A stretch of 63,797 nt of DNA, filler included, from Stramenopiles sp. TOSAG23-2 (Eukaryota): NCBI GenBank assembly GCA_900128395.1. It is 48 parts of 48 records of this genome, joined end to end, with 100 filler letters (N's around TTAATTAATTAA, not from the genome) between each part and the next. Parts side by side here need not be neighbours in the genome. Positions count along the whole stretch, not along the records: positions 36,049 to 37,279 come from LT653406.1; positions 37,380 to 38,609 come from LT653407.1; positions 38,710 to 39,938 come from LT653408.1; positions 40,039 to 41,267 come from LT653409.1; positions 41,368 to 42,596 come from LT653410.1; positions 42,697 to 43,924 come from LT653411.1; positions 44,025 to 45,252 come from LT653412.1; positions 45,353 to 46,580 come from LT653413.1; 40 more parts are not named here. The stretch is one strand, 5' to 3'. A program made the translations under genes and the position numbers. The notes below the pieces were generated by a model, which searched no databases, had not been told where the DNA came from, and was given only the letters and a program-made list of their open reading frames with translations. Shown piece by piece: positions 36,049 to 48,279 of this stretch; the stretch's first letter is position 1, and every line of letters starts with the position of its first letter.

Positions 36049-37279
36049 TTCTTGCTAAGGATGATCTAGAAATAAATGCACGAAATAAAAGTATGATGAT
36101 ATCAGCTACTTACCTTGCTAGCAAGCAGGGAAAAAAAGCAATTGTGGAGCTTCTTCTTTCTACAAATAAAGTGCAATTGGATAATAAAGACAAACATGGA
36201 TTCACAGCTCTACATGCGGCATGTTTAAAAGGGCATGATGAAATTGTTAAAATACTCCTTGAGAATAATCCCAAGCAAATAAATAGTAAATCTAATGATG
36301 GTTGGACTCCGCTAAATATTGCAAGCCACGGTGGAAACGTTGCAGTTGTAAATCTTTTGCTTAAAAACGAGAATAATAAATGGGAAGAAGCGGAAATAAA
36401 TATTTTTCAAAAGGATAATCGTACTCCTCTTTTTTCAGCAGTCATTCAAAATCATATAAAAGTTGTAGAAAGTCTCTTGTTATATGCAAAAGTAAAGCAA
36501 TCTATAGACTTTCAAGATACGAAAACTGGGGAAACAGCACTTAATGTGGCAGCTACGAAGGGATATGAAACAATTGTGAAGCTTCTTGTTAAACAAGGTG
36601 GCGCAGATACTAATATACCGGATAATGATGGTAATACACCCCTTGAAAATGCAAATAAACAGGGCAAAACAACTATGGTAGTTGTTAAACAAGGTGGCGC
36701 AGATACTAATATACCGGATAATGATGGTAATACACCCCTTGAAAATGCAAATAAACAGGGCAAAACAACTATGGTAGACGTTCTTCGTGACTTGGGTGCA
36801 AAAGATTCTCTTCTTGCGGCATGTGAAGGAAATGATGAAGAGAGGGTAAAAAGGTTGTTAGATAATGGAAATGAAGCAAAGGAGTTGATAAATCAAATTC
36901 GTTTATATGATAAATCAACGCCTTTGATCATTGCAACTGAGAAACGCAATGCAAAAATTGTACAACAGTTTCTTAATTTTAGTAATGAAACTAAAACTAT
37001 TATTGATGTTACTATATCGAATAAGAATGGCTGGACCGCTTTAAGTTATGCAAGCAAAAATGGTGATTTCGAAATTGTGAAGTTGCTTCTTCAGTTTAAT
37101 GGCATAAATATAAATGCCACTGTGTCTAATGATGTTGGTATTAATGCAACAAATTCTTTCTTAGCAATGCTTGGTAATAACCCACTTGGTAATAACAAAT
37201 CTGTATTTGAAGGTATGACATCTTTAAATATTGCTTGTCATGAAGGACATGAAAAGATTGTGGAACTTCTTCTAGAGCA
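36049..37279 (+). CDS. Ankyrin-repeat protein, internal fragment, with an in-frame 96-bp tandem duplication (~36587-36777)
   Basis: GFTALHAAC, GWTPLNIAS, GETALNVAA, GNTPLENA x2, GWTALSYAS. Confidence 0.92.
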
Positions 37280-37601
37280 NNNNNNNNNNNNNNNNNNNNN
37301 NNNNNNNNNNNNNNNNNNNNNNNTTAATTAATTAANNNNNNNNNNNNNNNNNNNNNNNNNNNNNNNNNNNNNNNNNNNNTATATATATATATATATATAC
37401 TTTTTTTATATATGTACTTTATTCAATCTTTCCAATATTTGTTTCAACACCAAAGAGTTTGTCAAATATGTAATATAATACACACAGACTTTTCTATGTT
37501 TAGTTTTTCTCTTGCAAAATGTAATATTCTGTATACAGTACATGTATATATATATATTTTTTGCATAAATCTTCGCCCCTCAAAAAAAAATTATATCCTA
37601 T

Positions 37602-37787
37602 AAGGTGCCACAGATTAGCATACCAATAAGATGAAGTGTTATTTAGATACTAAATAAGTACACAAAGCGATTTAAAAACCTTAAATTTACCCTACTTCAC
37701 TGACCACTTCAGATTTGTTGACCTAGATTAAGTATTATACATATAAATAGCACTTGATGTTATTGGTATGCTAATCGGTGACACATC
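37602..37787. mobile_element. MITE (~185 bp) with ~42-bp imperfect TIRs
   Basis: gtgccacagattagcataccaataagatgaagtgttattta pairs with taaatagcacttgatgttattggtatgctaatcggtgacac; related ends at 2182 and ~7706. Confidence 0.8.
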
Positions 37788-37875
37788 CTCAAAATTTTAG
37801 ATTTCTGTCCTATCAAATGATTATAAATAATTTATACTTGAATGTGTAAATTATCCAACACAAACATTGCCTGTG

Positions 37876-38140
37876 GTTCAAAAACCTGGTTCACACAGTA
37901 TTCACCTGCTATAGAATTGGTATCCACTTCGTACTTATGATATACTATATTTTATATTATACCTATCAAATATATACAAATGGTATGTCCATGTATATAT
38001 ATAGCAGGTGAATACTGTGTGCAGGTTTTTGAACAGAACTTCGTACTTATGATATACTATATTTTATATTATACCTATCAAATATGTCCATGTATATATA
38101 GCAGGTGAATACTGTGTGCACCAGGTTAAGGTTTTTGAAC
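37876..38140. mobile_element. MITE with ~37-bp TIRs and a duplicated right half
   Basis: gttcaaaaacctggttcacacagtattcacctgctata (37876-37913) is inverted at 38001-38034 and again at ~38098-38140; a related end lies at ~17400-17435. Confidence 0.75.
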
Positions 38141-38539
38141 AATGAAAAAATATATAAAAAATTTATCGGTTTTCTTTTCCGTCAGTCGGCCTCTATCCCC
38201 GTTCGAAAAATACCAGGTGAATAGTATTAAAAATCATCAAATCATATGGCTTCTATCTTCAACAAAACACCACTCGCTCCTCCACTAATAATAATAAGGC
38301 CTCCTTATATATTTCATTTAATAAATAATAATAATAATATTAATTGATTAATTGATTGGAATATATTGTAAATAATATCGCCGCCCTCCTCTGTCTCTGT
38401 GTGTATCTTAATGTGTGGTATATATATACATATATATATATATATACGTGAATACAAATAGTAGATTAAAATTGATAAATAACACCCATATCGTAATTAC
38501 CCTTTCGATATAGAAATATTGTAAACAAAAATATCAACC

Positions 38540-38609
38540 ATGAGAAACGTGCCTATACAACATTATGGACAAGCAATTGGTACATGGGGGACACCAGATG
38601 TACCTAAAT
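38540..38609 (+). CDS. 5' end of unknown gene (MRNVPIQHYGQAIGTWGTPDVPK)
   Basis: atcaaccATG context, open to the contig end. Confidence 0.45.
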
Positions 38610-39106
38610 NNNNNNNNNNNNNNNNNNNNNNNNNNNNNNNNNNNNNNNNNNNNTTAATTAATTAANNNNNNNNNNNNNNNNNNNNNNNNNNNNNNNNNNN
38701 NNNNNNNNNAGATATGATATGATATGATATGATATATAAAAAATTCTCTTACTTAAAATTTAAATATATATATGATATATTGGTGTATGATATATTATGA
38801 TAATTGTTGGTTAAAATCTAAGTTATCATATCATATGATAATTTTACACTTCTCGTGTTAAGTATCATAATATGCTCAATACTCAATCGCAAGAATAATA
38901 TTCTATCCTATGATACTAATATCGTAGTAAAGCTCTAATGCACCTCTGCAAACTGATACTCTACAAGCACGAGTAGTACTCGTGCTACGAGTAGGTTTCT
39001 ATCCTTCCTTCATGTTCGTACGTTGAACGCGCTGGACGTCAGGTTCATTCGATAGCGGTGAGGCTGTCAAAGTGAAAGATCCTGTTGAGCAACAACACTG
39101 CGCAAC

Positions 39107-39938
39107 TCACGAACCATCATCTTTTGCTTCCTCAAACTCGTCATTAATGATGTACAATTTATGCACATCTTTTGCATTATTTCCACCGAATTTATAGCCT
39201 ACCTCTTCCGACGCTTCTATAAATGTTTTTAAATTCATTAAACCTGTTTGATCTGGATCGCGTATACGGTACGATGACCCCGATGCTTGCACACTTGGCA
39301 AGCTACTATGAACAGCCCAGATTTCTTGCTCCAAAGCTTCTTGCCCTGTACGTGCCCCCCAGCTACGACCTGGTGGTTTATTAGAGCGCCGTATGCGTTG
39401 AAAAATAGATATGCAATCATCTAAAAATTGTTGGTAGTCCATTAAAGGATCATTTATTTCAAATGCACTAAAATAATCGTGCAAATGAGAATACCTATTT
39501 CTAATATTTTTCACCAAGGTTTCATGTTTCTCTTTTTTTTCCATGGCTGCTTGCTTTTCAGCTTGTAATTTTGCAACACGCTCTAAACGTTTTGCTTCCC
39601 TTCTTGCATGATCTTCAGCTTTTTTGATGCGTCTTTCCAATGCTTCCTTAGAAAAATTTCCAGTAAAACTCCATTTACCTTCAGTCCATGACACCATACG
39701 ATTCTCAGTGTTGTGTTTTTCAGCATCTGGATCGCCAATGTTACCTAAGCTACGATTCATTTTTACAGCAAATTTTACAAATTCTTCAAAGGACATTAAG
39801 TCTGAATATTTGCTATCCTTGAAACTAAATAGATTCGCTTCGTACAATCCAGTCTTTTTTAATATTTTTAAGTCTTCTACTTTATCTAGATTATTTCTAG
39901 TATCCGCATCAGATGCCAAAGCAGAAAACAAAGATGAT
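39107..39938 (-). CDS. Hypothetical protein with degenerate EF-hand-like motifs and a coiled coil, 5'-partial
   Basis: LMSFEEFVKF, DPDQTGLMNLKTF; 3' end uncertain. Confidence 0.5.
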
Positions 39939-40038
39939 NNNNNNNNNNNNNNNNNNNNNNNNNNNNNNNNNNNNNNNNNNNNTTAATTAATTAANNNNNN
40001 NNNNNNNNNNNNNNNNNNNNNNNNNNNNNNNNNNNNNN

Positions 40039-41267
40039 CACTTTCCTCGTAAACAGATAGAGACTTGTCGGAACAAATTATATCGCCTAGTTCATAATCG
40101 ACACTAACACAAACAGCAGTTGAATTAGGCAACATCGATAATTTAAAAGTTCTACACTCTTCGTGGCATGCACATTCGCGCTTCGAAAATGAAACTGAAC
40201 AATTATTGTTTTCCGCTAAACATGCAATATTAATGCATGAAGAGTCGCTAATACCATTAAACATCGCTACGTACCAATGCCCAAGCAAACCTTGCGTGTA
40301 ATGAGTTTTGCGCTGATTACGCGCAAAAGATACAGAGGTTGGTGTACTATGATTATTTCTATCACACGTACCAACTACATAGGCATCATTTGGTACTTTA
40401 TACTTAACATTAATTATATCTGTAAAGTTGTTCGATCTTGTTATAAACGAATTATTACTAGTTGAAGGGGCGGTGTCGTTTCTTGTAATTTGATAATGGA
40501 TTTGTATACCTTCGCTATACGTTAACGATGGGCGTGTATTCGTATGTAACGGCTCATTAAAAGTCAACGACAGTATGTTGCTAGCTTGAAAAATATGACG
40601 CAATTCATATAAACAAGGCTCTCTTGTATCCATACGAACTCCTATTTCTATTAAGGCTCCTATTTCATCCGTTTCATCACATGCTTGCCTTGTATGATTT
40701 ATGATGATACTCTTAAAATGCGACGTATTATAGAAGTTTAAAGGATTTAACCAATCGCTAATTTTCTGCATTTCCATATCATTGAAGTGAAAGTCCCATG
40801 ATGCTATAAATGCTATACCCCAGTGAGAACGTTCAGCTCCACCATTAACATGAATTCCAGTTGACGGAGAATACGTACCATGCGTTCCGTCTACGTACTT
40901 TCTTCCATTCACATAAAAAGGATCATTCCCTTTATTTGTAGCACAAGTAGATACCCAATCATCCGGATCAACTCCACTTGCTCCATCTAATCTGTTACCG
41001 CCTCCATAATAAACTGAACCGACGTTACCACCCCAGTGACCGTGCAGCCAATTGCCATCATAACCATTTAATATACGACCTTTGCTTGACCCAGTGTATC
41101 TTGATACGGAACACAAGGTGAAGGTATTAGGTGTTATAGTTTTGAAGTTAAAATGATCATTCGTAGATCCTTTTAAATAAGTGACATTTCTATTATTTCC
41201 GTACTCACCTGAGAGATCCAAGGCAATTTCAATTGTATTGCCTCCAGCAATTTCACCAGTATAATAG
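40039..41267 (-). CDS. Extracellular protein with a ConA/LamG-like domain, internal fragment
   Basis: FTLCSVSRYTG...GRIL...NWLHGHWGG...DDWVSTC pattern; Cys-rich downstream region. Confidence 0.6.
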
Positions 41268-41460
41268 NNNNNNNNNNNNNNNNNNNNNNNNNNNNNNNNN
41301 NNNNNNNNNNNTTAATTAATTAANNNNNNNNNNNNNNNNNNNNNNNNNNNNNNNNNNNNNNNNNNNNTTAATATACTAAAAGTACAAAATATTACCTATG
41401 TAAACGGAAAGTGCCAAAAGTGGTGGTCTAAGCTCTCAGCCTGTCTATATTATTTCCTTC

Positions 41461-42591
41461 CTAAATACCAGCAACTCGTTTAATCATTTGACGTATTGCT
41501 TTCATTTGTATACCATTTTTCGTATCATAATCTGGACCAGTCTGGCCATAAGAATCCCAACATCCTATTAGTTCTTGTGTTGTCTTACCATGATCAGCCA
41601 TTCTTGGATATAAAATTACCATCCGATTTGTTTCCGCCCATTTATTAAATGATAATTCATGGACTGCTTCTTCGTAATAATTATTTACTGAACAACCATG
41701 TAAACTTATATGTAATTTACATGAACCTGTCATACATGGTTCTGGTATGTAGATATAACCTGTAGTATTCAAACCAACTAGATTGTTGATATTGTAAACG
41801 CTTTGATCAAAATACAACAATGATGATGGATTTGAAACACTAGCTGGTGCATTTAATCTAGGATAAGAATATATATGATTCAATGCAGCACCTGGACCAT
41901 CATAATTACAGTTTTCTAATTCATGGCCTGCGCCTTGAAATCCACATGGAACACCATAATCTTCCAAGGGCCAGCAATGGGCACTAGGGGTAGTGTCATT
42001 GAATAAAATTTGCGCTTCACTATTTCTAACAAAATACGAATAATATTTTGCGACGTTTTCAACAGAACCTTTATGATATGTATCATCTTTTGTCCCACGA
42101 TATAAATAAATCTGATCTACCGCTAATTCTAATACATCATCAATGTAACCTTTTTCAGCCATAACTAAAGTACGGTTTACTAATAACATTGGTTCTACAA
42201 CTTCTGGATGATTTTTACAATGGTCATAAATCAATGTTTGACCTTCAGGGCAGCCTTCACAGATTGGTACTTCGCCAGGTTGCTTTTTACTGGTTGGAAC
42301 TAAGGTATCGTTTTCAAATTTAGTTACAGCGCAATGGAAAGGTTGGCCAGCAAATATACCACTCCCACATAATATAGATGAAAATGCAACATGGAATTGC
42401 ACTGCAAAATCCGCACCAGACGAAAGGCCACTAATAGATATTTCTTGCGTGTTAATATTTAGTCTTGGTAATGGCGGTGCTGAGGCCGTTATTATTATTA
42501 AATTTAATTGAATCAAATTAAAATAAACAAAAAAAAACATAAAAAACGAATTAGTCATGTTGTACAACCATTGCAACATGTTGTCCACCAT
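41461..42591 (-). CDS. Secreted poly(3-hydroxybutyrate) depolymerase-like esterase (fungal/type II-like)
   Basis: N-terminal lipase box ISISGLSSG, GIFAGQPFHCA, TPSAH, NCNYDG, CKLHISLHGC, GCWD; hydrophobic leader. Confidence 0.85.
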   Translation of the reverse strand: MVDNMLQWLYNMTNSFFMFFFVYFNLIQLNLIIITASAPPLPRLNINTQEISISGLSSGADFAVQFHVAFSSILCGSGIFAGQPFHCAVTKFENDTLVPTSKKQPGEVPICEGCPEGQTLIYDHCKNHPEVVEPMLLVNRTLVMAEKGYIDDVLELAVDQIYLYRGTKDDTYHKGSVENVAKYYSYFVRNSEAQILFNDTTPSAHCWPLEDYGVPCGFQGAGHELENCNYDGPGAALNHIYSYPRLNAPASVSNPSSLLYFDQSVYNINNLVGLNTTGYIYIPEPCMTGSCKLHISLHGCSVNNYYEEAVHELSFNKWAETNRMVILYPRMADHGKTTQELIGCWDSYGQTGPDYDTKNGIQMKAIRQMIKRVAGI

Positions 42592-42696
42592 AGTTANNNN
42601 NNNNNNNNNNNNNNNNNNNNNNNNNNNNNNNNNNNNNNNNTTAATTAATTAANNNNNNNNNNNNNNNNNNNNNNNNNNNNNNNNNNNNNNNNNNNN

Positions 42697-43924
42697 TGGC
42701 ATTCCGCATCCAATGACTCAAAAAAACATGTTTCCATGTCCTTTACATTTAACAATTTTCCTTTTATTATGGAATGACCTGCAACTACAGATTTTAGCGG
42801 CAGTACGTATGGAACAGCAATCGGTTGGGCTGTCATAGGCGGTACCCATAGATAATTGTCTTTTTCATTTGCAACATAAATAGTCACATCTTCAGCATCG
42901 AATAATTTCGTAAATTTATCTATAATATTTTCTACAAGGTAGGAAAAGTTGTCAAAATTTTCATGCGCATTATCCCATATTTCAAACATTTCTTTACTGT
43001 TTGACACTAATTGTGAATTTTGCTTCATGCTATTTAAACGCTTGGAACAGGCAGTAAACGCATTTGTACAAAGTCTAAACATTTCTTTGTCCATGGCATA
43101 GGAGGATGTAGTGACTGGGTGGGAAATGGTATTATTGATTGCTTTGCCATTATTGTTCTCACCATTTTTATCGATACGATTCTTTATTTCTTGCACGAAG
43201 ACGCATAAACCGAACACATCATGCTTACCACGCGTCATTGGAGAAACATGAACAATTGTAGTGATACCATCAATAATATCAATCGACTTAGTAACTAACT
43301 TCCCAGTTTCTTTTACTAAGTTTATGGTTGTAGAATCTAGAGAGAATGATTTATATTGAGATCGAACGTCTTTTGGATATCGCACCACTAGCTTCATTTG
43401 AGCTGAAGTACTTTTTTCATTTCCATTATCATCTCCCGCATAAGCTTTTTTAAATAACCATGAAATTGTTCCAAATTTCGATTTTGGTTCCTCTTTAAAT
43501 TCGTATATTGCTATGAATTCAGTATTTAAACTAATCTCAGACAATGCGGCTAAATGTAAAAGATCATCTGTTCTTGGATTGTATAAACCATTCTCTACAT
43601 CTTTACATAGTATCTTCAACTTACTATTTACTCGTATTTGGGATTCTTTGAGCAATTTATTCTCCATGGTTACATTGTTTATTGTTACATGACCAGCTAA
43701 CCATGGACCTACGATCGAGCAAAAATTTTTCAGCCATGACATTGTGGCATATTCCCATTTTTCCGCAATACTAGCATAACCTCGCACTAACGCAATTGCA
43801 ATGATAGTGCTACATCTTTGCCTCTCACCATTGTCAGCCCCTTCGATAGAAAGTCCATTTCCTTTTTTTATTGGATTTTTTGATAATGGTATGCAACATA
43901 ATTGGTGTACTTTATCTGTTACCC
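42697..43924 (-). CDS. Hypothetical protein, internal fragment ending in a GAF-like domain
   Basis: KLFDAEDVTIYVANEKDNYLW...VVAGHSIIKGKLLNVKD. Confidence 0.6.
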
Positions 43925-44483
43925 NNNNNNNNNNNNNNNNNNNNNNNNNNNNNNNNNNNNNNNNNNNNTTAATTAATTAANNNNNNNNNNNNNNNNNNNN
44001 NNNNNNNNNNNNNNNNNNNNNNNNACCAAATAATGAGCAAAAGGTGACGTCACCATAAGTTCCATATGGATTAAGAAATGTAAAATGTAATTTTAAAAGT
44101 ATATGTATGTAAGACACAAAATTTTTGGCAGGATGTACGTGCTTAGAGCGCGTAAATGAGATGTAAATAATTTAAAAATAAAAAAAATAAAATAAATTAA
44201 AAAATATACTCTTTTTAGAAGATAAAAAATATTAAAGTGTGTGGAAAAGTTTATATATATAGATTCTCTTAAAAGATGAATGCACACATATGTAAAAAGA
44301 CAAGATAATAAAAGTATTTACAACACACGCACGCATACGGAGACAATGTGCGTAATGATAAATAGCTACACTTTTTGTATACCAGTATACTTCAACGTGA
44401 TCGCGAAAAAAAATGTGGCTTTTCTTTTTTTCTAAATTTCACGCGATCTTTGTAACCCTAATTCTAACACAAGGTAATTTTTT

Positions 44484-45252
44484 TTAACTCAGAAATGGAT
44501 TGGATTTCATTGCCACTTTTTGTGCATCTTTTAATCGTGTTTCCCACATTGTACTACTACGTCTTCGTCTACGTCTTAATCGATCTTTTTCTGCTTGGAT
44601 ATTTATTTTCAATTTATCAATTAAAAAATCTTGTTGTTCTATTGTTTTCAATGGCCATCTTTGCATATAATCACGATCTGCACTTAACACTTTCGTATCA
44701 AAATATTGTTCATTACATTCAATAACATCCTGTAGCGTATCTGTTAAATTGGCTAAATATGGCGAATATAATTGAGAGGTTGGTAATCTAAATTTTCGTC
44801 GACTTGGTGGTTTAATTTTTGCTAATTCTGCTTCAATTGCTACTTTTTCTTGAGCTTTCACATTATCAATAGTATCTTTTTCAAATTTTTGTAATTCTTT
44901 AATCATTTCAGCTAAATAATTTGCTTTTATTTGTTTACACCATCGTTGTAAACAACGTGCATTTTAATGGTAATTTATTTTCTTTAGATGATGGTGTAAC
45001 TTTTGGAAAAATTGTTGTAGGCGCTTCACCAACTGGTCCAATTAATAATGGATCTGGATGATGCGTTGTTTTTTTCGTTTCAACAGGAACAAATTTTGGT
45101 GTTGGTGGTTTCATATCTATTTCAAATTGTTCCTCATAGGATCTTAATTTTTTCCTATTCTTATTTTTTACATGTTGTTGTTGTTCTTGTTTCTTTCTTC
45201 GTCTTCTTCTCATGGCTTCCCATGGTGGTGTCCATTCCCTCCATGATCTCAT
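44484..45252 (-). CDS. Hypothetical basic/coiled-coil protein in two frames (frameshift or short intron near 44935)
   Basis: ORFs 44935-45252 and 44484-44906 are nearly contiguous. Confidence 0.4.
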
Positions 45253-45352
45253 NNNNNNNNNNNNNNNNNNNNNNNNNNNNNNNNNNNNNNNNNNNNTTAA
45301 TTAATTAANNNNNNNNNNNNNNNNNNNNNNNNNNNNNNNNNNNNNNNNNNNN

Positions 45353-46405
45353 GAATTATAATAAAAAAGCAACGCAGGATGATGGTAGTTGTGAATATCC
45401 TCCAGTAAAAGGATGCATGGATAAGAAGGCAAAGAATTATAATAAAAAAGCAACGCAGGATGATGGTAGTTGTGAATATCCTCCAGTATGTGAACCATGG
45501 CTATCCAAACATCAAAAAGGGGAAAAATATGATTGCCACGACAATGGACGTGCAAGAGATGCTGGTAATACTCAGGAATGCATTGATAGTGTTTTAGCAA
45601 AAAATGATCCATTTGGTGATGGTAGGAAAGTAAAAGTTGAAAAAAATTGGGGTAACAAGGGACATTGTAAGAAGGAGCCATGTGAAGCATGGCTAGCCGA
45701 ACATCAAAAAGGGGAAAAATGGGATTGCCACGACAATGGACGTGCAAGAGATGCTGGCAATGATCAGAAATGCATTGATAATGTTTTAGGAAAAAATGAT
45801 CCATTTGGTGATGGTAGGCAAGTAAGAGTTGAAAAAAATTGGGGTAAAAAAGGACATTGTAAGGACTAATGTGAACCATGGCTATCCAAACATCAAGAAG
45901 GGGGAGTTAAATCTGTAAGTGATCGCATGGTTAATGCATTAAACGTTTTGAACAGTGAGAAAAAAACCTTGAAAGCAGATTGCCGTGCTGCATACATCGC
46001 TCATGAACAAACCGAAGATAACAAAAGAGGTGAAAAGTCAAAACTTAACAAGGAATTGCAATTGGTTGAAGATAAAAATACCGAAAAAAGAGTAGCAATC
46101 AAGGGTGTTAATGACGAGATACTATTTCTGCGACAAAAGTCACTGGTGAAGCTGGGGCTGGAGACTGTGCTCCTAAAACAGCACTGTGTGGTTTTTGTAT
46201 GATTGCTGCGTATGCATCATACTGGAACCCAGCTCAAGATACATGTGCACAATATATTGACGCTGCAAAACAAGTGTGTGAAGCAGTTGCTGGCGGTGCA
46301 AGTAAAGCAGGAGAAGCACTGGAACATTTATATAAAACTTATGGCCCTGAATTTGGTGCTACTGCTGTGTGGTGTAGGCAAAATGGCTGCTGTGCGGCAG
46401 AATAA
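45353..46405 (+). pseudogene. Repeat-rich extracellular-type protein (GCMD..A.NY...DDGSC repeats, 64-aa Cys repeats, coiled coil, Cys-rich tail) with an in-frame TAA and a frameshift
   Basis: ORFs 45417-45869 and 45927-46202 are in the same frame separated by one TAA; the tail (46199-46405) is in another frame. Confidence 0.6.
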
Positions 46406-46680
46406 TATCATAGTAAGATGAGAGCTATTATTTTAATATATTTTTATTTAAATAATATATATTTCGTAAAAATATATATAATATAATATATATATAAAAT
46501 GTTCTCTTACTCATATATTATATAAATTTCTTTTACTCCCGTTCATTAACATCTCAAATCAAAAATGATTTTTATAAGCTNNNNNNNNNNNNNNNNNNNN
46601 NNNNNNNNNNNNNNNNNNNNNNNNTTAATTAATTAANNNNNNNNNNNNNNNNNNNNNNNNNNNNNNNNNNNNNNNNNNNN

Positions 46681-47139
46681 GTCCTTTATACCATACCATT
46701 GCGTTTTCCATAATACATTTAGTAAGTTGATTATAGTCATATTGGACGCTTGTTCAAATTTAGCGCGGTTTGTCGCGGCTCTTACTGTATGCATATCACG
46801 TTGATGATTGTTTTCATACTTTTCAAATAAATTTTGTGCTTCTCCGAATAACTGCAGAAAGACTTCATTGGTTTTCATCGCTGTCAGCTTTTCTGATTCT
46901 ATGTTTGCACGTTCAATTACCCCTTTTAAATCTTGTACACATTTATCATGTATACTTAAGGTGCGGACAGGCGGGACTAAGAATGGTGTTTCTTGTTTCA
47001 AATACATATAACGTGGTGGTACTGCATACTCTTCTTCACCCCGTGCTGCCATAGATAGGGATGACTCCTTTTGTTTCACTTGTTGTATTGCCACTTCCAA
47101 ATCATGGAAAATTTGTGGTGTTGATGGACAACAACCCAT
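46681..47139 (-). CDS. Hypothetical protein with an MGCC dual-acylation N-terminus, 3'-partial
   Basis: MGCCPS fits myristoylation plus palmitoylation. Confidence 0.6.
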
Positions 47140-48007
47140 ATTTGATCTTTAATATAAAATAATAAATGATTTAAAGTATCCAATAATATATTAATCAATC
47201 TAATATATATATATATTATAATATAATATATATATATTACGCAAATGCAATTAAAATAATAAACGATTAAAAATATTCAATAATATATTTATTGCATGAG
47301 AGATGACTATCAAATATAGATATTTCCTCTTTGTATGGGTGATGCCATGTGGGCAACGAGAAAAGATAGTAGAAATATATATATCGATTTACTAATAGTT
47401 TTCTGTTTTATGTTGTGTTGTTTTTATTTTTTATAATAATACAACATCATTTTTTAACTGTATTTACCTGGTACGCACGTACGGTAACACGCAGAAGAGC
47501 ATAGAATGCTGTCGCTGCCATATACTGTATACGAATAGCATAGCGGGGTTTCCAAGCATTAGCTAGAATACAGCATTACAGCCTCAGTCGGCGGCTGAAT
47601 TTATTAGTATAGTCATACATGTACTCTTGATTTAATTTACCTGGTATTTACCTGGTAGACTTTACCCTGGTATGGTACGTCAATTTTGAGCGCCTCTCCG
47701 TCTAAACGACGAAATTGGAATCGTACTGTATAATTATTTAATAAATAGACGACTACTATGTATATATGTACATATATATATATACAATCACAGCTGAAAT
47801 GCACAATACAGCCATTTCTTATAAATATTTCTTATCAATTTGTTAAAGATGTGGACGTTTTCTCTCAGTCAACATTCACTTTTCGTTTTTTTTCGCAGCT
47901 TTTAATTNNNNNNNNNNNNNNNNNNNNNNNNNNNNNNNNNNNNNNNNNNNNTTAATTAATTAANNNNNNNNNNNNNNNNNNNNNNNNNNNNNNNNNNNNN
48001 NNNNNNN

Positions 48008-48233
48008 CAGACGGCATTTGTGTTGTTGGGATTGTTTCATACATTGATATAGATTGATTTGGTGACGACAGACGGCATTTGTGTTGTTGGATTGTTTCAT
48101 ACATTGATATAGATTCACTTGGGTGACGACAGACGACATTTGTGTTGTTGGATTGTTTCATACATTGATATAGATTCACTTTGGTGACGACAGACGGCAT
48201 TTGTGTTGTTGGGATTGTTTCATACATTGATAT
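48008..48233. repeat. Minisatellite, 61-bp unit, at least 3.7 copies, truncated by the contig start
   Basis: cagacggcatttgtgttgttgg(g)attgtttcatacattgatatagatt... at 48008, 48069, 48130, 48191. Confidence 0.92.
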
Positions 48234-48279
48234 AGAAAATTATACAAACAATAATAATAAGAAAGAATTAATATCAACC

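Noticed and set aside
45867..45869. Stop-codon reassignment suggested by in-frame stops (also ~6202 and 28064)
   Set aside because: Only isolated cases of different codons, mostly in ORFs with other lesions; intact genes end normally at TAA or TAG, and Gln and Trp use standard codons.
48008..48233. CRISPR array
   Set aside because: Whole 61-bp units repeat with no unique spacers, and there are no cas genes.
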